Positions 45,498 through 55,000 of a stretch of DNA of 64,000 bases are shown piece by piece. This stretch comes from Flavobacteriaceae bacterium (GTDB lineage: Bacteria > Bacteroidota > Bacteroidia > Flavobacteriales > Flavobacteriaceae), in the NCBI GenBank assembly GCA_028280265.1, contig JANQMD010000055.1, positions 3,626-67,625 of the forward strand. Reading direction: 5' to 3'. The notes below the pieces were generated by a model. That model saw only the letters and a program-made list of their open reading frames with translations, had not been told where the DNA came from and ran no database searches. Made by a program: the position numbers and the translations under genes. Numbering within the stretch: position 1 is the first letter of the stretch; each line of letters begins with the position of its first letter.

Positions 45498-46733
45498 ATG
45501 GCAATTGTAAAACCGTTTCGGGGTGTAAGACCCAGTAGAGATAAAGTTGCATTGGTTTCTTCAAAATCATACGAAGCTTATACCTCTGCTGAACTTGCAG
45601 CTAAGTTAGATTTTAATCCATTTACATTTCTACATATCATTAATCCAGGATACAAATTTCACAAGGAAATTTCTGGGGAAGAAAGATACCAACTGGTACA
45701 CAATCGATACGAAGAGTTTAAAGAGAATGAAATTTTTATAAAAGATCATCTGCGATCTTTTTATATCTATGAAAGCTCAGAATTTTATAACAGTTTTTGT
45801 GGTATTATATCGGCAACTTCCGTGGATGATTATAAAAATGGAATTATTAAAAAGCACGAAGGAACATTACACAAACGAGAAGTTCTCTTTGAAACTTACC
45901 TGAAATCAACAGGATTCAATGCAGAGCCTGTATTGCTAACCTACAAGGATGATGTAGATTTTAATCGGTTTATTGAAGAGATAAAATCAGATAGGCCTGA
46001 GTATGAATTCTCTACTACAGATAAAAAATTACATCGCTTATGGTTGGTTCAAGATGAGAAGCGAATTGAAAAAATCGTCTCATTCTTTGAGGGTGTGAAA
46101 GATTTTTATATCGCTGATGGTCATCATAGGAGTGCTTCTTCTACTCTACTTTCTGAGGGTTTAAAATCTGAAAATCCTAATCATACTGGAAATGAAGATT
46201 ACAATTACTTCATGAGCTATCTGATTCCTGAATCCAATCTGAAAATAAGAGAATTCAATAGACTGGTCAAAGATTTGAACGGTCTAAGTGTAGATGAGTT
46301 TCTCATTCGATTGGACACTTATTTTAGAATAGAAAATAGAGGTTCCAATTTATACAGACCTAAACAAAAGCATCATTTTAGCATGTATTTGAATGGTGAA
46401 TTCTATTCTCTTTACCTTCGAAAAAACAAATATCAGTTTGATGATTCGTTGAGTCGATTGGATACTGAAATTTTGTTTAGAACTGTATTAAAACCTATTT
46501 TAGGTATCGAAGACCTAAACAACAATAGTAGAATCGGTTATTCCAATAATAAATTGGATATTTTGTCTATTAAAACAAATGTAGATAATGGCAAATATCA
46601 GGTTGGTTTTGGAATGGTCCCTATCACTATTAATGAAATGAAGGAAATTGCCGATGCCGAATTGAAAATGCCTCCAAAGACAAGCTATATAGAACCCAAG
46701 TTAAGAAGTGGGTTGATTATGTACGAATTTTAG
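45498..46733 (+). CDS. DUF1015 family protein
   Basis: N-terminus MAIVKPFRGVRP and the conserved FYIADGHHRSAS. 411 aa. Lies 3 nt after serA. Confidence 0.8.
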   Translation: MAIVKPFRGVRPSRDKVALVSSKSYEAYTSAELAAKLDFNPFTFLHIINPGYKFHKEISGEERYQLVHNRYEEFKENEIFIKDHLRSFYIYESSEFYNSFCGIISATSVDDYKNGIIKKHEGTLHKREVLFETYLKSTGFNAEPVLLTYKDDVDFNRFIEEIKSDRPEYEFSTTDKKLHRLWLVQDEKRIEKIVSFFEGVKDFYIADGHHRSASSTLLSEGLKSENPNHTGNEDYNYFMSYLIPESNLKIREFNRLVKDLNGLSVDEFLIRLDTYFRIENRGSNLYRPKQKHHFSMYLNGEFYSLYLRKNKYQFDDSLSRLDTEILFRTVLKPILGIEDLNNNSRIGYSNNKLDILSIKTNVDNGKYQVGFGMVPITINEMKEIADAELKMPPKTSYIEPKLRSGLIMYEF

Positions 46734-46735
46734 TT

Positions 46736-47401
46736 ATGGATTATATCAAACAAAATTTAGAAAGAATAAAAGCCAATCTGCCTGAACAGGTTACTTTGGT
46801 TGCTGTATCAAAAACCAAGCCCATAGCCGATATCAAAGAAGCCTATGATGGTGGTCAGAGAGTTTTTGGCGAAAATAAAATTCAAGAAATGGTCTCGAAG
46901 TACGATGCTTTACCAAAAGATATTGAATGGCATATGATTGGGCATTTGCAGAGGAATAAGGTGAAATATATGGCGCACTTTGTACATCTAATTCATGGTG
47001 TTGATAGTCTAAAAACATTAAAAGAAATAGACAAACAGGCTAAAAAACATGGTAGAATCATTCACTGTTTGCTTCAAGCAAGAATTGCGAAAGAAGAGAC
47101 TAAGTTTGGATTGCCTTTTGATGAGATCAGAGACATTTTATCTTCAGAAGAATATAAAACCCTGTCCAATATATCGGTTATAGGTCTTATGGGAATGGCT
47201 ACTTTTACGAATGATTCAAGCATTATAGATGGTGAGTTTGCCTCTTTAAAGCAGTTATTTGAAGAGCTAAAAATTCACAATTCCACATTCAAGACACTAT
47301 CTATGGGTATGAGTGGAGATTATAACATTGCTATTAAAAATGGGAGTACTATGATTCGCGTCGGAAGTTCTATATTTGGAGTAAGAAACTACATAACTTA
47401 G
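46736..47401 (+). CDS. yggS: YggS-family pyridoxal-phosphate homeostasis protein
   Basis: Motifs VAVSKTKP, FGENKIQE, WHMIGHLQRNK, SMGMSGDY and RVGSSIFG. Confidence 0.9.
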   Translation: MDYIKQNLERIKANLPEQVTLVAVSKTKPIADIKEAYDGGQRVFGENKIQEMVSKYDALPKDIEWHMIGHLQRNKVKYMAHFVHLIHGVDSLKTLKEIDKQAKKHGRIIHCLLQARIAKEETKFGLPFDEIRDILSSEEYKTLSNISVIGLMGMATFTNDSSIIDGEFASLKQLFEELKIHNSTFKTLSMGMSGDYNIAIKNGSTMIRVGSSIFGVRNYIT

Positions 47402-47412
47402 AGAAAAAAAAT

Positions 47413-48492
47413 TTGTACGCTGTTTTAGATATAGAAACAACTGGTGGTAAATACAATGAAGAAGGAATTACCGAGATTGCTATTTACAGATTTGATGGTG
47501 ACATGGTCACAGATCAATTCATAAGTTTAGTCAATCCAGAAAAACCCATTCAAGAATTTGTAGTTAAGCTTACTGGCATCAACAATAAAATGTTACGTAA
47601 CGCTCCAAAGTTTTTCGAAGTAGCAAAGCGAGTTATTGAAATCACAAAGGATTGTACTCTTATTGCTCACAATGCTGAATTTGATTCTAGAATCTTAGCT
47701 ACAGAATTTAAACGTCTTGGTTTTAACTATGAAATGAATTCAATCTGCACAGTTGAGCTAAGCAGAAAACTAATTCCTGATGAAGAATCGTACAGTTTAG
47801 GAAAACTATGTAAGTCACTTGGAATCCCTATGAGTAATCGTCATAGAGCCTCTGGTGATGCTTTGGCTACTGTTCAGCTTTTTAAATTACTTCTTGAAAA
47901 AGATAAGGATAAGGAGATTATAGAACAGACTATCAAATATTTTGATAATCGGACAGTCAAACAAAAAATCAATTCTATTGTAGAAAATCTTCCAGAAAAA
48001 TCTGGAGTCCTTTATGTTCATGATAAAGATGGTAAAGTCATCTACATTGGTCGAGGAAGAAACATAAAAACTGAGGTTAATAAATTGTTTGCAAAAGAAT
48101 CTAAAAGGGTTTTTAAAATTCAGGAAAGAGTTCAAAAAATTACATACAATCTAACAGGCAACGAATTATTGACAAGATTACGTTACAATTTAGATCTCGA
48201 TACCTTGCAACCAAAATACAACTTTGGCAAAAAAAGAAAAAAGGGGGTTGATGATTTTGCCCATGATGACTTTATTATTCAACATAAAGGAAGAGAAGTA
48301 GGAGAAAATGCTATTGTTTTAATTGAAGAAAACGAAGTAATTGGCTACGGTTTTACCAACCTTGCCTTTCAAGAAGCTGATTTAGAAATTTTAAAATCAA
48401 TTCTCAACCCTGTAGATAATAAACCTCTTGCCAAAATAATTGTTAAAAATTATCTCAAGAATAATTCTGTTACTAAAATCATCCGTTTTTAA
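47413..48492 (+). CDS. DEDDh 3'-5' exonuclease (DnaQ-like) fused to a GIY-YIG nuclease domain
   Basis: ExoI LDIETTG, ExoII AHNAEFDSRIL, ExoIII HRASGDALAT, then GIY-YIG GVLYVHDKDGKVIYIGRGRN. TTG start. Confidence 0.8.
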   Translation: MYAVLDIETTGGKYNEEGITEIAIYRFDGDMVTDQFISLVNPEKPIQEFVVKLTGINNKMLRNAPKFFEVAKRVIEITKDCTLIAHNAEFDSRILATEFKRLGFNYEMNSICTVELSRKLIPDEESYSLGKLCKSLGIPMSNRHRASGDALATVQLFKLLLEKDKDKEIIEQTIKYFDNRTVKQKINSIVENLPEKSGVLYVHDKDGKVIYIGRGRNIKTEVNKLFAKESKRVFKIQERVQKITYNLTGNELLTRLRYNLDLDTLQPKYNFGKKRKKGVDDFAHDDFIIQHKGREVGENAIVLIEENEVIGYGFTNLAFQEADLEILKSILNPVDNKPLAKIIVKNYLKNNSVTKIIRF

Positions 48493-48535
48493 TTCAGAAA
48501 TACTTTTCATAGATTGCGTATCTAAAATTATTACT

Positions 48536-50488
48536 ATGAAAAAATATATACTTACGCTTTTAGCAGTCTGTTTCTCATTTTCTTCTTTTTCTCAAAAAAA
48601 GAAAGTATTAAAACTAGGACAGACAACTCGACCAGAACTAGAAATGTCAATTTACCCAAAAGATTCTACAGCAAATGCTGTGGTATTATTTGAAGAGGCT
48701 TTCTGTTATGTTGATGAGAAAAGGAATTACAAGTTTACAACAGATCATTACTATAGAATAAAAATTCTTACCAAAGAAGGCAAAGAAAAAGCCAACATAT
48801 CTGTTGATTTGTATAAAAAAGAAGAGATTTTAGACATTAAAGCCTTCACCTACAATATAGAAAATGGAGCTATCACGAAGATTCCACTCACTAAAAAGGA
48901 TATTTTCACTAAAAAAGTATCTGATAAATACAGAACCGTTAGTTTTACTTTACCCAACATTAAAAAAGGATCTGTGATAGAATACAGCTATTCTATTACT
49001 TCTCCATACAATTCAATAGACAGCTGGTATTACCAATCAGATATACCAAAAATAGAAAGTTCTTTTTCCACACTATTATTAGCAAATTGGAGGTATAAAA
49101 AAAGAATGACAGGCTATTTAAAACTCAGTACAGCAGAAAATAAAATCAAGAAAAATTGTATGTATGTGGATGGCGCTGGACAAGGAGATTGCATTTCTTC
49201 TACCTTCATTATGAAAGATATTCCAACTTTTGAGGATGAAGATTATATGACTTCAAAAGAAAACTTTATTTCTAAGGTTTCATACGATTTAGAATCTTTT
49301 ACAAACATACGTGGGAGGACAAAGAAATATACAACGGATTGGAAAAAAGCTGAATTGACGTTAAAACGGAAATTCTTAAATAACCAGTCGGAAAAAAAAT
49401 CTTTTTTTAGGAGAAATTTACCAGAAAATGTCAATACCATATCGTTACCTCTTGAGAGAGCAAAGAAAATTTTCTCTTTTATCCAAGGACACTATACATG
49501 GAATCGAAAAAATTGGTATTCGAGTGAAATCAATATCAAAAGAGCCTTTAAAGAAAAGTCTGGTGGTATAGATGACATTAATATTTCGCTCTACAATGCG
49601 TTTAAATCATCTGGTATTGATGCCAATCTTGTCCTTGTTTCTACGAGAAGAAATGGAATTCCAACCAAGTTGTATCCAGTCATCACACAGTTTAATTATA
49701 TTCTTGTAAAAGCAACGATAGAAGGAAAAGAATACTTCCTAGATGCAAGTGACAAAAATTATAGTTTTGGATTTGTTCCTTTCAAATGCCTCAATGGAGA
49801 AGCAAGGGTATTGGATTTTGACAAAGGTGGTTATTGGCAAAAAATAAAAAGCGGACAAAAATCGCAAATCTCTTATCGTTTGAATGCCAAGTTAAATCAA
49901 GAGAATCAATTTGAGATTGATTTACATGTAAAAAGAAGTGGATATTATGCCTACAATCTTAGAAATGAGCTTGACAAGATCAGTCAAGACCAGTACATTG
50001 AAGAACTTGAGGAGGGTGATTTACAAGATGCAGAGGTAGAAGATTTCAATTTCGAAAATTTGGATAAACTAGATGATAATGTAATTCAAAAGATGAAAAT
50101 TTTAATTGATACTGAAATCGACAGTGGCAATGAAATTCTTTTCAACCCTATATTATTCATAAAAACAGTAAAAAATCCTTTTCAATCCAAAGACCGTCTT
50201 TTCCCTATTGATTATGGCTACAAGAGAAAGTATACTTATAAATACTCGTTTCAAATTCCTGAAGGATTTGAACTAAAAAATCTACCTGAGAATAATGCCA
50301 AAAAGCTTCCTGCTGGAGATGCTTTCTATATTTACAGAGTATGGCAAAAGGGAGATAAACTAAATGTTTATATAAAATTCCAAACTTCTAAAAGTGTTAT
50401 AAGTGGTACTCAGTATTTTTATTTGAAAGAGTTGTATAAATCTATGATACAAAGTGAAAAAAGCATGATCAAATTGGTTAAAAAATAA
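48536..50488 (+). CDS. exported DUF3857 / transglutaminase-like / DUF3858-type protein (probable pseudo-enzyme)
   Basis: Signal peptide ...FSFSSFS|QK. The central region GGIDDINISLYNAFKSSGIDANLVLVSTR...NYILVKATIEGKEYFLDASD follows the transglutaminase-core pattern but lacks the Cys and His. The start is moved to ATG 48536. Confidence 0.6.
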   Translation: MKKYILTLLAVCFSFSSFSQKKKVLKLGQTTRPELEMSIYPKDSTANAVVLFEEAFCYVDEKRNYKFTTDHYYRIKILTKEGKEKANISVDLYKKEEILDIKAFTYNIENGAITKIPLTKKDIFTKKVSDKYRTVSFTLPNIKKGSVIEYSYSITSPYNSIDSWYYQSDIPKIESSFSTLLLANWRYKKRMTGYLKLSTAENKIKKNCMYVDGAGQGDCISSTFIMKDIPTFEDEDYMTSKENFISKVSYDLESFTNIRGRTKKYTTDWKKAELTLKRKFLNNQSEKKSFFRRNLPENVNTISLPLERAKKIFSFIQGHYTWNRKNWYSSEINIKRAFKEKSGGIDDINISLYNAFKSSGIDANLVLVSTRRNGIPTKLYPVITQFNYILVKATIEGKEYFLDASDKNYSFGFVPFKCLNGEARVLDFDKGGYWQKIKSGQKSQISYRLNAKLNQENQFEIDLHVKRSGYYAYNLRNELDKISQDQYIEELEEGDLQDAEVEDFNFENLDKLDDNVIQKMKILIDTEIDSGNEILFNPILFIKTVKNPFQSKDRLFPIDYGYKRKYTYKYSFQIPEGFELKNLPENNAKKLPAGDAFYIYRVWQKGDKLNVYIKFQTSKSVISGTQYFYLKELYKSMIQSEKSMIKLVKK

Positions 50489-50514
50489 ATTTGTAATCAT
50501 ATAATGATCTACAT

Positions 50515-50553
50515 AAAAAAATAAATACGGCAAATGCCGTATTTATTTTTTTT
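50515..50553 (+). terminator. strong rho-independent terminator
   Basis: ATAAATACGGC (50521-50531), loop AAAT, GCCGTATTTAT (50536-50546), followed by T7. An A run precedes it. Confidence 0.88.
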
Positions 50554-50597
50554 ATATTTAATCAGATTTTTGGAAAACAACTTTTAACTCTCCTATC

Positions 50598-52079
50598 ATG
50601 AAAAGATTTGTATTTCTATTAATCTGCCTCCTAATTACTATTCTGTCATTTGGTCAAGATGACGAATACGGAACTGGTTTGGACTTTAGCCAAGAGAAGT
50701 ACGAATCGGTACCGATGTCTGCCCCTATCTTAACAAGAAGCTACACAAATTTACCCAAGCGTTTTAGTTTAAAGCCTTATGCTCCTACTCCTGGTGATCA
50801 AGGCAGGCAACCCTCTTGTGTTGGCTGGGCCAGTGGCTACGGAGCAAGAACCATTGCTTATGCCGTTAAAAATAACTGGAAATTCAATAAGGTAAAGATC
50901 AATCAAAACGCTTTTTCTCCTTCATTCATTTATAATCAAATTAAGTCATACGGTGATAATAATTGCACACGAGGATCTTTTATCGCCGATGCTATGAAGT
51001 TGATGAATACCTCGGGCATTTTGAAAAAGAGAGAATTCGCTTACAATCCTAATAGCTGTACCTCTAAGCCCAATAGTTTTGGACTACAAAAAGCGAGAAA
51101 TAATAAGATTATCACTTTTGAGAGGTTAGCAAGGTGGGACAACCCGTATAACTTGGTTGGAAAAGTAAAAAAGGCAATTGCCAACAAAAATCCAGTTGTA
51201 GTTGGAATGTTCAAGTATGGTAAACTAGGTGGACTTGGCGAATTGTGGTCACCTCCTACTGTACCTTCAGGTGGTGGACATGCTATGGTTGTGGTGGGTT
51301 ATGACGATACAAAACATGGAGGAGCTTTTGAAATTATGAACTCATGGGGTACTCGATTTAGAAATGGTGGTTTTTTCTGGGTACGATACAACGACTTTAA
51401 AAAGTACATTAAAACCGCTTATGTGCTGGTCGACAATGCCAACTCTATTCCCAATAAAATTGACAATAACACCAATGTTACCAATAAATACAAGTATAAC
51501 AAGCTGTCTGGTGAAATTGCTTTGCGATTAAGTAGTGGCAGAGACATGGTTCCTAACCTTTCGAGTGAAGCAAAAAGAAATTTTAATATTGTAAAAGCAG
51601 GTAATAGCAAACGAATAAAAGCTACGTATACAATTAACAAAGCTTATTCTTCTGGAACTCAGTTTAGAATTTACTTAAAAAGCAAACAAAGAGGATATGT
51701 GTATTTAATTGGTTATGGAGGGTCCGACAAATCTGTTAACAAATTATATCCATTCGATAATTTTAGTCCTTTCTTTAACTACTCCAACAGTGAGATTGCC
51801 ATTCCAAACGAGGAGTACTTCATAGAATTTGACAGCAAGCCTGGACAAGATATCCTTTGTGTATTGTTTAGCAAACAGAGATTGGACATCAATAATATTG
51901 TCAACAAAGCTCGATATAGCGGCGGCGATTTTGTTGCCAATATTAAAAAGGATTTACAGACTAAAATGTTTAAAGGAAGTGAACTCACATTTAGCAATAA
52001 CAAGATTGCTTTCAGTGCTTCAAGCAGTAATTCTGCCTCTAAAGTAGTACCTATTTTTATTTCAATGAACCATCAATAA
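50598..52079 (+). CDS. exported papain-family (C1) cysteine peptidase with C-terminal DUF4384-like domain
   Basis: Signal peptide MKRFVFLLICLLITILSFG|Q. Catalytic set: Gln in DQGRQPSC, Cys in SCVGWASGYG, His in GGGHAMVVVGYDD, Asn-Ser-Trp in IMNSWGTRF. The C-terminal ~130 aa (RIYLKSKQRGYVYLIGYGGSDKSVNKLYP...DILCVLFS) is DUF4384-like. Confidence 0.8.
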   Translation: MKRFVFLLICLLITILSFGQDDEYGTGLDFSQEKYESVPMSAPILTRSYTNLPKRFSLKPYAPTPGDQGRQPSCVGWASGYGARTIAYAVKNNWKFNKVKINQNAFSPSFIYNQIKSYGDNNCTRGSFIADAMKLMNTSGILKKREFAYNPNSCTSKPNSFGLQKARNNKIITFERLARWDNPYNLVGKVKKAIANKNPVVVGMFKYGKLGGLGELWSPPTVPSGGGHAMVVVGYDDTKHGGAFEIMNSWGTRFRNGGFFWVRYNDFKKYIKTAYVLVDNANSIPNKIDNNTNVTNKYKYNKLSGEIALRLSSGRDMVPNLSSEAKRNFNIVKAGNSKRIKATYTINKAYSSGTQFRIYLKSKQRGYVYLIGYGGSDKSVNKLYPFDNFSPFFNYSNSEIAIPNEEYFIEFDSKPGQDILCVLFSKQRLDINNIVNKARYSGGDFVANIKKDLQTKMFKGSELTFSNNKIAFSASSSNSASKVVPIFISMNHQ

Positions 52080-52085
52080 TAGATC

Positions 52086-55000
52086 ATGAAACGATACCTC
52101 TCTCTATTTATCCTTTTCAGCTATACATTTATAAACAGTTCTTTTTCTCAAAATTACCTATATCAAGAAGAGTTCAACAGTCAAGGGGCATGGACAAAAG
52201 GAAATAATGAACTCCGAGAACTCTACGTCTCTAATGGAAAATATTATTTCGAGCATAAAAAAACACAAGGTTCTAGGGATGTCACCACAAGAACATTCTA
52301 CATAAACTTTTCCAAAGATTTTGAAATAGAAACATCTATCCAGAAAATTTCAGGAGTACAAGACTATGGGGTTTCATTTTTATACGATTATAAGGATAGC
52401 GATAATTATACGGAGTTTGGTTATACTGCTACGGGATATTACCGTGTTGCAAGGTCTGCGAATGGATCATATAGCAGCATCAAAAGTTGGGCAACAACCT
52501 CTTACCTCAAAAAAGGGAACTACGCAACAAATAAACTTAAAATCAAAAAGTCTGGAAATCGAATTACTTATTACATCAATGGTTCTTATGTATATGGAAT
52601 GGACTTTAAAAAGTTCAAAGGAAGTAAAATAGGATTCCGTTTGTATAGAAACCAGAAAGTAGCAATAGATTACATTCGAGTAAAATATATAAGTGGTTCA
52701 AATACAAATACAGTCACCAACACCACTTCTAAAACGATTCTCTTTGATGGGTTTAACAATAATAACAATAAATGGTCCCAAAGTAATACTTCGAGTGTAA
52801 GGCTCGCTGTAGAAGGAGGAGATTACCTTATAGATCATAAAAGAGATAAAGGAGGTTGGTCTTCTACCATTAAAAAATACATCAACTCTTCCCATAACTT
52901 TAGAATTACTGCTCAAATAAAGAAAAACAGTGGAATTCAAGACAATGGATTTGGAGTTACCTTTGGTAAAAAAGATAACGACAACCAAAACCACTTTTTA
53001 ATTTCTGGTGATGGTGCTTATAAAATTGTTCAGTACAAGAATGCTACCCGTAAATACATCAAAGATTGGACGTCCTCGACTCACATTAAAAAAGGAAATG
53101 GACAATACAATTATTTAAAAGTTCAAAAAGTTGGATCTGCCTATAAGTTTTACATCAATAGCAAGCTTGTACACACAAGTTACTCTATAAAATTATATGG
53201 AGATCGAGTTGGGTTTTCCGTATTTGACAAGCAGTCTATTAAGGTAGGGTACTTAAGTATGATGTATGAAGATGGAGGCACTAATACCAATACAAACATC
53301 GCCAATACCAATTCTCATGTAAGTAGAGAAACCATCATTTTTGATGGTTATACCGATAATAGAAACGATTGGTCTATTTCAAAGAACGAGAAAGTAGATT
53401 TAGATATTCGAAATGGCAACTACTACTTCGATCACAAAAGAGCTCGTGGAGGGTGGTCTTCTACCATGGTGAAATACATAGATACTTCTAGAGATTTTAA
53501 AATTCTTGCTGATATAAAAAAAGAGAGCGGAATCCTTAATAACGGATACGGTATCACCTTTGGCAGAAAAGATTCTAACAATCAGAACCTCTTCTATGTC
53601 AATGGGAATGGCTCCTACTCCATCAATAAAATGAAGGATGGAAAAGACAATTTCAAGAGAGAGTGGGCCTCTTCCAGTGCTATTAGAAAAGGAAATGGTG
53701 GATATAACATACTAAAAGTAGTAAAAGTTGGAAGTAAATTAGAATACTACATCAACAATACAAAGGTATACACAGATTACAATCCTGAATTCTTTGGAGA
53801 TCGCTTGGGATATATTCTATATGACAAGCAAAAAATATCCATTGCATATCTGAGTGTAGGATACTTAGATAAGAAAAAATCTGTTGTGAGAAACAATGAC
53901 AATACAACGGATAATATTAGCAATTACACATACAGCAATGCTGGATTTCATTTCAGTGATCAATTCACCAACAATACAAATGGCTGGTATACCGGTAGTG
54001 ATGAGAAAAGAGATTTTAGTATTAAAAACGGAAAGTATTATTTAAAACACAAACGCAACCAAAAAGGTTGGTCAGCATATCAAGAGCAACCTATTGATAC
54101 CAATCGTGACTTTGAAATTGAAACAAAAATTGATAAAATTAGCGGTATAAACAACTATGGGTATGGTCTCATTTTTGGAAAAAAAGGAGATAGCGACTTT
54201 CGCTTTTATATTTCATCCAATGGTTATTACAAAGTTGCCAGAATGGTCAACAATAATGAGCAGGTCATTAAAAAATGGACCACAACAAGCTATGTAAATA
54301 CTGGTAATAAAAAGTCGAATGTTCTTAAGGTTAAAAAAGAAAAAGATTATTATAAGTTCTATATCAATGGAAATTATGTCTATCAAACCGATTTCGAAAA
54401 TTTCTACGGCAATGACCTCGGTTTTGTTGTGTATAATAATCAAGAAGTGGCAGTCGATTACGTTCGAGTGAAATATTTGAGCTCTAACACTAGTGTTGTT
54501 GCTAAAAATAAAGTGTTGAGACTTCCTCTAAATGAGAGTTTCTCTTCCAACATCAATAATTGGTCGAATGATAATTTGAGCAACTATACCTCAGATGTAT
54601 CTGGCGGAAAACTCAACATTCACAGGAAAAAAGAGGGCGGTATTTTCATCAGCAAAGATGTCGATATAGATACCAATAAAGATTTCATCATCGAAACCTC
54701 TATTAGTCGTCAAAAGACAGGAGCATCTGGTTTGTATGGTTTTACTTTTGGCCGTAAAAATTCAAGCAACGAATTTACGTTCCTGATTAGCACCAATGGA
54801 AGCTATATGTTCAGAAAGTTTGATCACAACAAATACAATAAAATCATCCCCTTTACTTCCAACAGCGCAGTAAAAACAGGCATTGGTCAAGCCAATAAGA
54901 TTAAAATTGTAAAGTCTGGGAGCCTGCTTCGTTTTTATATCAACGGGCAGTATATGAATGAAGCTCCTTTTGAGAATTTCTTTGGCAATAAGCTAGGGTT

